Source of the DNA: Lama glama | Lineage: Eukaryota | DNA length: 64,000 bases | Direction: 5' to 3' | Assembly: GCA_028534125.1 (NCBI GenBank) | Contig: CM052817.1 | Location: forward strand, 21,330,001-21,394,000 | Part shown: piece by piece, positions 1 through 13,184 of the stretch | Numbering within the stretch: the stretch's first letter is position 1 | Layout of the letters: each line of letters opens with the position of its first letter | The notes under the pieces: model-generated | Told to the model about the DNA's origin: nothing | Database searches by the model: none | What the model saw: only the letters and a program-made list of their open reading frames with translations | Translations under genes and position numbers: made by a program

Positions 1-400
1 TATTGAGCTTATTTACATTATATCTAAAGCATAAAGGATGAAATGAAATGGGGATGGGGATGCTAAATTGGCCTATATGTTTTCAAATTTACTTACTGAA
101 TTCTAAGAAGACTGGGAAAATTTTAGAATATATATTTTAATTTCAAGATAAATTACTGAAAAATAACAAAGAGGTACAGCTATAAAGTCAATAAATGAAG
201 TGTACTTTCAAAAATATTCAAATAATCCAAAAAAAGGAAGAAAAGAAGAAACAAACAAAAAACAGGAAACAAATGAACTGGAAGATAAATAAATCAAGCA
301 ATTTCTATAATTAAATTAATATTATTAGATTTCATATACTAACTGAAAAAAATAATTTTTCAGAACAGATGAAAAACCAAAACATCTATATTTTCAGCCC
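1..400 (+). mobile_element. Old L1 fragment (inter-ORF / start of ORF2)
   Basis: A-rich sequence with a degenerate L1 ORF2 start context (attaaattaat...cagaacagatgaaaaaccaaaacatctata). Confidence 0.45.
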
Positions 401-2029
401 CACTTTAAGTTGTGCAAAATTATGGGAAATACTGGTCAATAAAATGTGAGCAGGAAGGATGTAGATCATTCTGAGCTCAGGCAGTAAAATGCTCAATTAT
501 CTATGCATTTGCTTTTCCTGGAAAGGTAATATGAAGGGTACCCAAGGAGGAAATGGAGTTGCTCAATTTGAAGTGCTGAGTCTTTAACGGGAGGAATTGC
601 CCTAGAGAATTGCTGGGATCCAGAGAAGAATTTATAACACCCAACACCAAGAAATAACCATTTGCTTTGTTAACATTATTTATGTTTGTTAGCATAGCTA
701 GCCTGGCTTATTCTAATCAAGAGAAACCCAAGTTGCCCCATTGCATAGAAATTTATGACAACATTGTTAAAATGATACATGATTATTTATCATGAATTTA
801 TCAATTAAAATTACTTGCATTATGAGATGACTAATTTTTGATACATACACAATTTTGATAGGAGTAAAATCTCAAGAACATATGACATCAAAAATACTAA
901 AATATACTTATTGCACAGTTTTTAAAGGTTTGCTGTATTACGAAGAAATAGAGACAATAATAACATAAAAAAATTAAGTTTTCATTTATGTGTATATGTT
1001 AGATTTTTATGTGCATTATTGGGTCAAATCCATCCATCTACAAATATTTAAAACCTCAATTTTTACAGTTGAAAATTAAATGCATCTTTCTGAAGGATAT
1101 TTTTTTAATGATAAACCCTTAAAGTGGTAATTTAAATACTGGATAAAAAAGTTAGATTGTTGAAGAAGCATGAAGTAGGAGCCATACTGGTTATGATTTA
1201 TTTAAAACTATAAATATTAAGTATAGTAATTAAAATAGATTAAATAAAATATAACAGAGATAGATGTAAGCTAAATATCAAACTAGATTTCAAAAAAGTA
1301 CACCCTATATATTGATATTATAAAAATGTTTTTAAAAGAATAATGGGAAAGATAAAAAGAAATAATAGAGAGAATATAGTATTGCTCCATAAAGAAATTA
1401 GAAGTTGAGACAAAGTAAAACTAAAAGAATGGAAACCTTAATCTATAATGATTTATTTATTATATAAATTCAAATAATATCTTGCACAAAATGAATACCA
1501 AATAATCTAATGAGATTTTAAAAATTAAAATTAAAATATGGAAATGGAGAAAGAAACTTCTTGTTTAATTTTTTTCTTTAATATTTCTGGATTTCTTATT
1601 TATTGGTTTATTAAATAAAAATATGCAAAAAATAGCTAATTAAATTTCTGTAAAGTATTTTTAAACAAACGTCTTAAAATTGTTAATCCCTTAAACAATT
1701 AAAATTTTATAAGTATAGGTCTAAAATTGGAATAATATGGAATATTTATAATGTGAAAATTATGCCTTAAAGGGACTAATACAATAGGAAGCAATGCCCT
1801 CCCTTTTTCTATTAATTCTTTGCAAAAATTGTCTTATTTTACTATATCTGATGCTTATATTTATTAATATAATTTGTGTTCTTTCCCTTAAATTTCTATT
1901 TGCATTTCCCCCTCTTCAATGAATTAGATTATCCTCAATAGCCTGAGACTTCACTGTCCAAGGAACAAATAATGTGTACAGCAGGTGACTTTGTGCACGT
2001 TTTAGGAGTCTAACCAGGGAAAATGTTAC

Positions 2030-3033
2030 TTATTAATATCAAACACTAACCACTTCGAAAAGTGACTAATGCATAGTGTATTTGTGATTAATTCACTTCT
2101 CCCACATGTCTGCTTGGCCAAAAGGGTGAAGAATTTGATGTTCAAAATACGCTAGTCTAGCATTTTAAAATTATTCTTCTTGGTTGTTGATGTTTCACGG
2201 TATTCTTGTTCTCAGTAATTCAATTTTTCCTGCTTGATAAAATGTTCGAAGTTTCCAATAGTCCATGTCATTACATTGTTTGGTGTTCACAGTGAATGGT
2301 GACCTTGATCACTGCTTTTCTTTGTGTATTTCCAATAAAAGGGCTCATGAGCCACAAGATACTTTAGCAACAGTGATATCTCCTAAAATAGATCTGACAT
2401 TGTCATTAGTCATTCGAAGAAGCCTGAGCTGTTAACCTACTTTGTCTTTTCACTGGACATCAAATGCTGAAGTTTACAAGGAAAAATTTCTTTTCCTCTC
2501 AATCAGATGTCTGTCTTCCATTTTAAGGAGCATTCAATACAGCACTGAAAATGTAATTCTGGAATAATTAGTCACTTTCTTTTCTCTTTATTTCTTTACA
2601 CTATTTAGTCTCTCAATTTGAAACAAATCCAAAATTTTCTTAGAATTTTGATTGCTTTTCTTTCATAAGATTACATACCATTCAAAATGTTCAAAAAGTT
2701 AAAAGAAACAAAAATATTAAAGGCAACCATAGTGTCTTTTCCTCCTGTTGTTCTTATCCAAAGCCAAAATATGATTTCTGTTTCCTGTGCTGTCATTTCA
2801 TCACATTTCAATGTCAGAAACACTGTTAAATGAAATCAAACATGCTTCCTGTTTTTGAACCGGATTCTGATAAAGCTGCTGAATTTGTAATAAGGTAGCA
2901 CAAAGACCTCAAAACTTAAAATCCATAAATCCTAGCAGCTTAATAAAGAATGTCTGGTCAGTGGGTTTGTATTCTCTGACAGTAAGGATGACTCTGATGG
3001 TCCCAGTGGCAATATACTCTGGTATGATGTCTT
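2030..3033 (-). pseudogene. Large decayed cadherin exon: about two EC repeats followed by a non-repeat, possibly membrane-proximal segment
   Basis: Acceptor ttccatgttaacAG at 3034-3036. Stitched peptide: DIIPEYIATGTIRVILTVREYKPTDQTFFIKLL / FVLPYYKFS / LSESGSKTGSMFDFI / GNRNHILALDK-TTGG / TNYSRITFSVL / TSAFDVQ*KDKVG*QL / SILGDITVAKV / SDQGHHSL. Many stops and frameshifts; the left boundary is approximate. Confidence 0.7.
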
Positions 3034-3174
3034 CTGTTAACATGGAAACAGAGACAAAAGCCCAAAAAACAGGAGGGGGTATATTTTTAGCCTCAAACTC
3101 AGATTTACACTTATTTATAGTTTGGGATATTGCATGTATAGTACTACATAACTGACCTGCTCTGGTATATATGT

Positions 3175-3485
3175 TTTAGGAGATGAAAAATTTTCCTCTA
3201 CCATTCTAGTTTCTTTTTGGCTGGTCTAAAAATTTAATTGATATAAAACAGATCAACAGTAGAAAACTAATTTAATTTTGTACATTCGGGAATGTCAAAG
3301 ACATAAGGTGCAAAGAAGTGACTAAAGCAGACAGCTTTTTATGCCTTTCAGAAAAAGAAAGAATTATTTGTACATAGTTGACCAAATAAAGAGGGTTTTG
3401 CTTGGAGTAGCAAAGTAATGAAGAAATGACAAAGTTTGTTTATACAGCTTTCTTGGCCTTGAATTCCTTATCTCTGGTGATAAGA
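3175..3485 (-). mobile_element. Partial 3' LTR of the ERV1 provirus
   Basis: Aligns by eye at roughly 80% identity to 5800-6105; the U3-proximal ~185 bp is missing. Confidence 0.8.
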
Positions 3486-3803
3486 AAAAATGTTCATTCC
3501 AACTCTTTGTTGTTGGTATTTCTTTAAGCCATTTTCAAAGAACTGGATAGTCTTTATCATTGTGATATCTAGAGATTGATTAGCCCACCTAATCATGTTA
3601 TTTTGAATCTGCTTTTTTATATCAGGGAGGAAATTTTCGACTAAGGCAGAAATTAAAAGATTCCTATGTTCTAGAGCTGGATTTAATGCAGTGTGCCTTT
3701 GAAATGCTTGTATAAAATGTTTTACAAATATTTTTGGATGTTTTCTTTCTGGGTGTATGCATAATTCAAATTTAGACCAATTAACTTTGTGGGGATAGCC
3801 CAT
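3468..3803 (-). pseudogene. gag: ERV1 Gag capsid C-terminal remnant
   Basis: KVNWSK...HPKIFVKHFIQAFQRHTALNP...FLPDIKKQIQ resembles the major-homology region and PDI..K motif of class I Gag; lies between the LTRs. Confidence 0.7.
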
Positions 3804-5779
3804 AATATCATTCCTATCAAACCTTGATTATTAGCTTCTAACTTAGCCATTTTCTGGTCACTTGAAGAGGATCCTGGGACAGGTTCTAGCCATTTATTTT
3901 CTCTGTGAAAGGGGAGAGGGTCAAGGAACTGGCTTGTCTGATAACTACAACATAATCTTGGCTGGGAAGAATCTCCATTAGCAATCAAAGTCCCTATAAG
4001 TGTATTTATGCATGGCAATTAATATTTTTAGTTTCTCTTTAAACTTGATAAGATATTTTAAAAACGGATATAAAAGAGCTTTATAACGTAAAAGATTTGC
4101 TGTTGTCCAAGGGACTTGAATTCTTTGTGGTAGGGATCCTATCCAAATGACATTGCTTAGGAGTGTCTGAAATTGGCAGGGCAAGTTTATCAAGCCCTAA
4201 AATGTGGAAGGAGTTAAAAGGGACTGGAAAGAAAGCATATCACCTGTCCCAGGTGCCTCTGCTAAATTCATTTTCTGATATTCAGAAATTATGCAAGTAA
4301 CCTGTATACCCCTGCCTTAGGGGTCAGGCTGGAGTGTCCCCCGTAAGCCTTGAGATTTTCTAGGGAAGTTGGAGGAGCTTTAGGAGTTAGGAGAACTGGC
4401 AAGAAGATGGTGTTGGGTTTTGAGGAGGGGATTAGATCATTGGCCTATAGATCCAAAAGATCTTCTGGTGAGTCAGGTTAAGGAAGTTTGGAATAAGGGG
4501 TGTATAAGAGGAAGCATGAGGGGGATTTATAGGAGATTTGGTTTTTACTTTTTTTTCTATGTTTTAATTCCTTTCCATTCTTTCTTCTTATTTACAAAGT
4601 CCGTAAAAGCAGCTGCTATGTTTCTTCATGTTCTCTTTTCAATTTTCTCTTTTCCATAGATATCAATAAATCAACTATTTAAAATAAAAGCTCTCTAAAA
4701 ATTTCTCCATTTTTAAGTTTTTCCAACTCGAAGACTCCATTGCATGTCCATTGATGAATAAGAGCTTCTTAATAGAGACTCAAAACAGAAACTGTTTTTT
4801 GTGGCTTACCCATGGATGTAAGAGGCATTCCCAAACGGAACACAAAAGATGTGGCCCTCATAAGAGCCAGAAAGTTTATTCCCAAAGGTATTCTAAAACA
4901 TCAAAGACCTTCATTGCATATGTGGTAAGAATGATGCAATGAAAATGTTGTCTCTAGTTTCCTACAAGAACATGAGGTCCCTTAAGGTACAGATGTATTA
5001 ATCTGTGAAACTGGGCAGGCGTCACTGGAATGGAACTGTTCAATCACTAACAAAGCAACAAAGGTGGAGATGACAAGGCCCCTTATGATCTGGGATCCAT
5101 TATGACAATTTCCCCTCAGAGCTGGCTTGGCCTAAGAGAGAAAGTGCTACTTGTGACTTTGTGTCTTGGAACCTCAGTCTATTTGGCCACCAGGATGCAG
5201 AAAATTAAGTATATTATCTAGACAGCAGATACCAGGGAGAATATTCTCACTGGTCACAAAACTCTCAGGACATGCGAAAAGAAAAGCCCTCATCCTGTTT
5301 ATGTCAGGGAACACAGCAAGTTTCATCTCAATAGACAGGTCTGGTGAGAACTATGACTCACCAGTTTATGAAGCCCGCTGGAACAGCAGGGTATGGGGCT
5401 TATGCCTGTATTGTACCCTATGTTTTGTTGTGTTTTTTTTTTCTCCTTATGACAAATGACAACATAAATAGTGACAAAGAAACAAAGTGATCATTTCTGG
5501 GAGGAAAAATACCAATAAAAACCAAGTGAACTCATGCCAATTTTTTACTAGAAGCTATACCCAAGAAACTAATCCCATAAATATTTTCTCTTCCTAATCT
5601 AAATTTAGACAAGGAAGGAACAAGAAAATTGTACCTTCCTCTTTTGACCACGCATACAGAGAGATCTGGGAGAGTTAACTTTGGCAAGAATTCTAACCTT
5701 CTGTTGGAGCTTGTCAGGAGTCCCAGAATCTCTCAACTGCAGCAGCCCTGGAGGAAGCAGTGTCCAGCCAATGAGGTTT

Positions 5780-5797
5780 ATCCTGCTGACTATGCCA
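5780..5797 (-). promoter_or_regulatory. Primer-binding site for tRNA-Ser
   Basis: Minus strand TGGCATAGTCAGCAGGAT versus TGGCGTAGTCGGCAGGAT (complement of the tRNA-Ser 3' end). Both differences are CpG-type transitions. Confidence 0.85.
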
Positions 5798-5799
5798 GC

Positions 5800-6288
5800 T
5801 GTAGGGTAGGAAACATTTTCCTGTATCTTTATATTTTTAGCTGGATTAATAATTAAATTGACATAAGACGGATCAACAGGAGAAAACAAACTTAATTTTG
5901 TACATACAGGAACCCCAAAGATAAGAAAGCTCAAAGAAGTGACAAACGCAGGCAGCTTTTATACCTTTTAGACAAAGAAATAATTATTTGTGAACACTTG
6001 AAAAAACAAAGGGGTTTTTGCCTGGGGAAGCAAAGTAATGAAGAAATAACAAAGTTTGTTTGTACAGCATTCTTAGCCTTGAATTCCCTACCTCTGGCGA
6101 TAAGGACGCCTCCTAACCTCCAGCATATGCAGGATGCCTTCACATGGGAGATTTAATTCCTGCTTCTGGGGGACAGAGGACAGTCAGAGTGTTGTTCTTG
6201 CACAAGTTATTTCTTAAGTAACTTGAACTCAAAATAATCTATATCACAAAGTGACATAAATTGGGGGAGCCTGTCCTAAACCCTATCA
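5800..6288 (-). mobile_element. 5' LTR of the ERV1 provirus (MER41-like)
   Basis: TG...CA termini on the minus strand; immediately followed by the PBS; paralogous to 3175-3485. Confidence 0.85.
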
Positions 6289-9200
6289 ATGTTCAATTGA
6301 ATGAAACAAAACTATGCAAAAAGAATTAAAACACATCAATTTCAGAAGTGAGATGAGTCTGAACATGTTGCTCTGTTCAAAAAAAAAAAGAAAAGAAAAT
6401 TATTTTTGCTTAATTTGCATAATGGCTATAGCCTGTGTTAGATCTGATTGAATACTTACAGCAAGATTACGGTCCCTAAACAGACTAATTCTGTGAAATA
6501 AGTCAATACAATGAGATATTTGCCATCATGTAAATTTATATAGAAGTTGACTATATTGTTTAATAGTTGGTTGTTTTCAACTGTTCAATGGTTTATATTG
6601 ACATTATATAAAAATAGACCTCTAAGACCATATAAGAGGATTCAAGACAAATTTGAAGAACACACAAATATTACAACAATTCAATTAATATGTTATAGTT
6701 AACAGTATTCTCATTAATTATATATAATTTACTGGCATTCAGCAAACACTGCTCCAATATCAAAAGCCACTTTTTGGTACAGTTTCATGTTCTTACATCC
6801 TTAACTAAAAATTAAAATACATATTTGGTATAATTCAACCCTTCCTTCTTATCTTTTTATACATTTCAATCAGAATGATTACAGATATTAGCACATGAAA
6901 AAGAACAGCATTAATACATGCACTGGAATCAACTGAAGACCATACATCTTGGGTTATTTATAAAAATGTCATGTAAGAGTATTTTGCCCATTAGTGCTGT
7001 CAAACTGTCTCAAAAATTACAGACACAGATTTCTTCTAGACTAGCTCTTCCACTTGAAAGTCACCTAAAATATGTAAGTACTTTATGCGTTCTAATTTTG
7101 TTGACAAGTAAAAATTATTAAAGAGACATTTAAACATGTAATTATATTTTGCTTCCCCAATTTATGCAAATATATCTATACTTTTTTTTTTATTTCCATA
7201 ATTACAGAATAAACTTATTCTGTATCAAAGCTGGAGTCAAGCAGTCTATTAAGACAATCAGTGGAAACAGGTGAAGAGAGAAGTAGAGGGAACTTTGATT
7301 TATATAAAATTATACACTTCATTAGGAAAGGTACACATCCCCTAGAATACAACTTCAAATAATCAGAAGCACTCAATGAAATCATACAACAGAAATAAAT
7401 AGAATGATTCACTTTACTAAAATATTTATGTGAAATAAATATCATGTAAGTATATTGCAAATAAGAGAAAATGAATCTAGTTTAACTTTTAAAAAGTCTC
7501 TTTGGTTTACTATTTAGTTGTGAAATTCTGGAAGCTACCCAAATGGAAATGTTTAAAGAAGGAAGCAGTCTGATAGTATGCCATTAATGTCATAATGTCA
7601 AAAAAAAAAATTGATCGGTAGTCTCACTACTGTGGGTCTGCATTTCTACATGAGAAAATTGGGAGCTGAGTGCTGGTTGCCTCATGTCACACTGGATAAG
7701 TTCTCTTCCATTTTTCACAGTCTCCACCACGTCTGATTTACTTACTTACATGCCCTCTTGTGCACAGAGGCTCAGAGTTTGCTACTACTGGAATAAACCA
7801 TGGGATGTCAAAGAAATTTTGATTCTCAAAGATCTAAGAAGAAAACTCGGCAAGGATATTCTTTTTGTTTTTTCTGAAGAAAATGCCAAAACCACAATGA
7901 AAGTGGATGAGGCAAACCTCACCCAATATCAGGCACTGGAAGTAGCAGTGTAGTCAGTAATTTCATTAACAATTATTTATTAAACCACCATTGCTATCAG
8001 ACACTATAATAAGAAGAGCCTGCTGCTATCTGAATTAGCTCTAAATTGAAATCCCATTAAGCTTTTCAGAACTACCCATACTTGTAGACATGGTTCAAAC
8101 TTACAAATTTGTTTAAAGTTTGAAATCAGTTAAAAAAGAAAGAAAAATCACATGTTTCATCTATAAGGCAGCAGAAATCTGATTGGAAAACACAACTTAA
8201 ATTAAAAATTTGCAAGCAACTTATTTGCTTCCATTGTTGAACAACCAGTTCTCTTTTCTGAGATTCTTGTTAGGTTTCATTGGGAATTAGTCATTGAAAT
8301 CAGGGTTGATTTGCTCAAGAAGGAAAAAAAAAAAAAAAGAACATAGTGGACAAATATTGGGCATATCTCTCTGGAAGTTAAATAGTTAAACAACCAAAAC
8401 TGCTGAAAGAAGAAATTAGGTCTATGCTAATTTTAATATTGGGATGTTTAGCCACAAGAAAATTTGCTTTAGTGTAACTTGACTCTGACAACTTTAATGT
8501 CCCTCTGAGTCTATATTTTAAAAGTCTTGGAAGAGAGAATTTTATCTGTCTGTTTTGGATCAGGTCAGAATCATTTCTGTTATGAGACTTGCTGGGACAT
8601 ACAGTATAGAAATGGCCACTGAGGTCTCGCTTCTTTAATTTAGGGCCTTTTACAGAGAAGGGGCCCCATTGTAAGACAGACACCTAACTCAGGTCATATT
8701 TAGTGAAGATAATTTTCCTGCCTGCACCCACACATATTTTGGAGAGTTTGGGGGAGAGGGGACAAAACAAAAGGTAATTTCTAATATTAATTTCAATAAA
8801 TGTTCTACAGGTTAAAAATGCCCAGGTTTTATGCAATGACTATATTCTGAATATCAGAATTATGTCATACACAAAATAAAAATGATTTATCTGAAAAAAA
8901 TAGAATCAATTTTCCCCCAAAATCAGGTCATTAGGTAATGACAGATGTTAATTTCTGAGGAGATATATGTTGAAAATATAGTCCCATAATACTACTAAAC
9001 ATAAACTGATTAACTTATAAGTATTATCCAATAGTTTTATTTTAGAAAAAAAATTATATACCAATTTAATTAGTAATTAAAACTGTACTACATTAAAAGT
9101 ATAATTCAAAGTGACTCAAAAAGTACATGCTTTTTCTAATTAATCATTATATTCAATAATCTGATGAAATGTATTCCTTTTAATAGTCCAAATGGATCAT

Positions 9201-9604
9201 TACTTATTAAAATCAATAGAAAATTAAGTTGTATCCTTCACCATGTTGAATTCTTATTATACCAGCATGGAAAAAAAAATCTAAGGTGAGTGTTTGTGTG
9301 TGTACACAAGTGCATGTGTGGTTGTGTGTATTTGTAGCTATTTAATGTGGTGGACCAGTGACTCCAAGTTCTGATTTGCCATCTCAGTTTCCTATTGAGA
9401 CTGAGTGCCTTGAGCATCCAAACTTAGTTTCTATGGAGCACATTTTGTTTCCAAACAGTCCTGTTCTGAAAGAAACCAACCCTCTTCTGAAAAAAAAAAA
9501 ATTCCCTCTCATTTTTATTCATTCATTGAAGATGGTACATAGCTTACTCTTTCCACCTTAAATTATGGAATTATTTCATAAACTAAGTTTATTTAATGTT
9601 GTTT

Positions 9605-9790
9605 AACAGAATATTCTGTGATGATGAGAATGTTTTTTGTCCACACTTTCCAGTACAGCAGCCATGAGCCACATGTGGCTACTAAACATTTATGATGTGG
9701 TTGGTGTGACAAAGGGTCTGACTTTTTAAATTTAACTAATTTTACTGATTTTAAATTAAGTAATCAATGACCACTGCCATGCTGGTCTCT
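9605..9790. mobile_element. MER3-like hAT-Charlie MITE
   Basis: ttctgtgatgatgagaatgtt...gcagccatgagccacatgtggctact...tttaactaattt, typical of MER3. Confidence 0.7.
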
Positions 9791-9799
9791 TTCCAATAC

Positions 9800-10085
9800 A
9801 GAGCACAAAATGACAGAGTGGCAGCTGGGGTCCCTTCTTCAATAGGCTATAAAGAACTCCAGGCAACCATGGGTTTGAGCAGAATTGCAACAGGATTGGT
9901 GACATCAGAGGTTGGGATGATTTATCATGCAGCTTATTTGTACCCTTTGGACTGTTCATGCCTAAATCTGTACTACTTCCATCTTTTGATAAATTACTGC
10001 CGGTACTTTAGTTTTTGTCACATAGTCGCTTTTTGTCAAAAGGGCAAGTGTTCTATCCTTACCAGAGCCCAGTATCATGACAGGA
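9800..10085 (-). pseudogene. Decayed cadherin exon fragment
   Basis: TLALLTKSDYVTKTKVPAVI (tail of ORF 9962-10270) / SKDGSS, then LHDKSSQPLMS and PIEEGTPAATL. These resemble DYE..K, AxDG, AxDxGxPL and IxExxPxGT. Flanked by MER3 and L1. Confidence 0.5.
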
Positions 10086-10104
10086 ATATGTCTTTTAAAT
10101 TTCT

Positions 10105-10510
10105 GTGATTCTGTGGCATATACAAACAGTGAAATATTATTCAGCCTTAAAAGGGATTTAGTTTTGACACATGCTACAACATGGATGAACCTTGGAGACA
10201 TTATGCTAAATACAGTAAGCCAGACACAAAAGGACAAATGTTGCATGATTCCATTTATGTGAAGTACCAAGTGTAGTCCAAGTCATAAAGATAGCACGTA
10301 GGATGGTGGTTTTCAGGGGACGGGAAGAAGTGATAATGGGGAATTATTATTTAATGGGTGCAGAGTTTCAGTTGGAGAAGGTGAGAAAGTTCTAGAGATG
10401 GATTGTGGTAATGGTTTCACAACAAGGTGACTGTACCTATTGCCAATAAACTGTATGGCTAAAAACGGTGAAAATGGTAAATTTTATGTTATGTATATTA
10501 TACATATTAT
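10105..10510 (+). mobile_element. L1MB-like 3' end
   Basis: acaacatggatgaaccttggagacattatgctaa...ggtaaattttatgttatgtatatt; followed by an AT-rich low-complexity tail to ~10585. Confidence 0.85.
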
Positions 10511-11771
10511 TATATTATTATATAATTATATAATATACTATTATATAGTATATTAAATATTATGTTATGTATATTATATATAAGAATATTTTAAATGCAA
10601 AATAAAAATATCTAGGTGTTTCTCTCTCCGTACCATATGGTTAACTAATTAAATGGCTGTATGAGCATTTGAGGGATATCTGGGAGAACGACTGATGAAT
10701 AATTCTGCCATGACATTGCTGGGAATTTCTTCTAGGGGATCTGTTCTCACTTTTAGTTAGTTGATTTTGAAAATACATCCTCAATTAGATTTTATTGTAT
10801 ACATGGAGTAATACCATTTTTAGCTGATCCGAAGGATGCCATTTTGTATTAACAATCTTCAAGCCTCTCAATGACCAAAATTCCTGGCTGCCACTCCAAC
10901 TTATATACTCATTATGATAATTGTAACCACTTGCCTTTGTTGGCTAAGAACTGCCACCTGATCACTAACCTTTTAGGATTCTTATCTCACTGTCGTGAAG
11001 GAGTCCACCATTCTAGTTCTTTTGCATGAGTTACTCACACAATCCTTGTGACACATCAGTGAGGTAATGATGCCGCTCCCCAATTTTACAGATGAAGACA
11101 CTGAGGCACAGAGAGTTTGTGTGCCTTTTGTATAATAAAGTAAGTTATTATTGGTCAAGAATACGTCCCTGACAAAAATAACCTAATAAATACTCATCAA
11201 GATCATTCTAAAGGAAAATTGAGAAATGTATGATATTTCAAGTGGAAGTTTCATTCTTATTTAAAAAGATGTAACCGATAGGGATCTATTTACATGATTT
11301 GTTACTTGACAGTCAAGATGAAATTTTCAAGTAAATACTAAGACTTAAAAGTTAAAAGTGACTTATTTCCATGAAACAAGCAAAAAATGCCAGAAGGTTA
11401 TTTTGCTAGTTTATTCTTTTAAAAGTTTTGTTTTACCAAGTAAAAACCTTTTTTACTTTCAGGTGACAACAGAATGCTAAAAGGCTTTAAAGTAATTGTG
11501 AAGAGCAAGAAAGCAACTCGCCCAATTGACTCACAGGACTTTACTCAGAGTTAGAACCTCATTTGTGGTTCACCTTGCTGTTCATCACTGTGCTTTTTAC
11601 GGTCTGAAATCCCATAAAAAAGTACCTCAGACAATGAATGGGAGATTCACTTAAGTACAAATGAACGAATGGTTATGATATAACCAGATATGAGACATAC
11701 TTAAAGAAATGTCTTAGGAGTCAAATATAAAATAGGTCAAAGCAGCAGCTCCTTCCACGTAGCAAATTAGT

Positions 11772-11799
11772 TGTGTGTGTGTGTGTGTGTGTGTGTGTG
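11772..11799 (+). repeat. (TG)n microsatellite
   Basis: Direct observation. Confidence 0.95.
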
Positions 11800-13184
11800 C
11801 ACTTCAATAATTTTTTTACAAACACTCGAAAAACGTGTAACAGATTTTTGCTGTCATATCATAGAAACATTACAAATATAAAAAGTGAAAACATCTATCT
11901 TGTGTACATAGAAATGTTATGGTCAAAGAGCAAAATATAATGTAATTTTATCTTAATGAGACTTATAAGGACAATTAATTTGGGATGTATCACAATCTAG
12001 TTACCTATACTCAGTTAAATTTTTGAATAAGTGCTGTCAAACCTCTTAAAATGTATAGTATTTTGTATCTTGTATATGGAATAGTCTTGTTTGTAAAGTT
12101 GAAAAAGAGAACAGAGTGAACCATTTTTAAATGCAAGTGAATTGTTTCATTTACATTTTTATATTGGGTATGTTTAAAAAAATCTATTTCCAGTAAACAT
12201 TGACTTAGGGTATTGATTTAGAATCAAAAATTAAGTTCCTCTTACTGAGCTGATGCATGCACAAAATAAAATGCTCTTTCACAGTTATAAAGTTCAGTTT
12301 GTGGATAAAGACTTTTTTCTTTATAAACCACAAATTTTTTATGCAGACTAGGTAAAGACAAAATATTGAATTGAATGGTCATTGATTTGGGATTTCTAAA
12401 TATGTCCTAGATTACCATAAAAATTAAGATACTATATACAAATGCTTTGTCTATTGGAGATTGAGTAGATATTTTAGGAAGACATAGACAGTAAATGGTA
12501 ATTTAATCGACTCTCTGGAAATGTGCGTGATCATGTAATAACTTTAAAACTTACAAGGTGGAAGACATTTAATGATAAAAAATTAGAGATGGATATACTT
12601 TACGATCCACAAAAATGCTATTATATCTCTTATTTATCCTTATCCTCTGACAGCTCCTGAGAATCAATACCCCAGGTTGTCTTAGGAGTAAGGGTCCAGC
12701 AGCTGAAGATATCTTCCAGGCAGCGTGCAACATGTCCCAGGCACAAAGGGAAAATGAACAGAGTGGGTTTAGCAACTAGCTTGCAATGGCTAACTTGGAG
12801 AGTGCATGTTGTAAGAGGTAGTATTTAAGTCTGAAGAGATGCTCAGAAGATAAATTGTGAATGGCCTGATAATTCACATAAACAGATTTTTCATTTCCCT
12901 GAAGTCAATTAAATTCCTGAGATAATTATAAACTGGCACATAATGTGATCCACACTGCTTTTCTAAATGAATGTTTTGGCATGAAGTAAGGGCGGGAGGC
13001 AGTATACCAAAAATTGATACAGCATTATAAACTGACAATACTTCAATAAAAAGAACAAATCTAAAAAAAACTGGAATTATTAAAATAATTCGGAAGATGA
13101 TTAAGATGATGATGATAGAAATTAAAAAAATAGCAAATATTGTATGGTCTTATATATGCAAGGCCAAGTTTTTAAGTATTTTAT

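Larger units (their letters stand above)
3175..6288 (-). mobile_element. Class I (ERV1, MER4/MER41-like) provirus, internally deleted: 5'LTR-PBS-leader-gag fragment-partial 3'LTR
   Basis: Two homologous LTR copies (5800-6288 and 3175-~3485). 4-bp target-site duplication ATGT at 3171-3174 and 6289-6292. PBS and Gag capsid remnant present; no pol/env seen. Confidence 0.85.

Noticed and set aside
3468..3803. 111-aa Gag ORF as a domesticated gene
   Set aside because: Short, runs into the LTR across a deletion, and upstream gag is disrupted; no evidence of selection.
6461..11600. Further weak cadherin-like fragments (~6461-6530, ~7200-7247, ~10810-11010, ~11462-11583)
   Set aside because: Motif matches are too short to distinguish from chance by eye; they need an HMM test.
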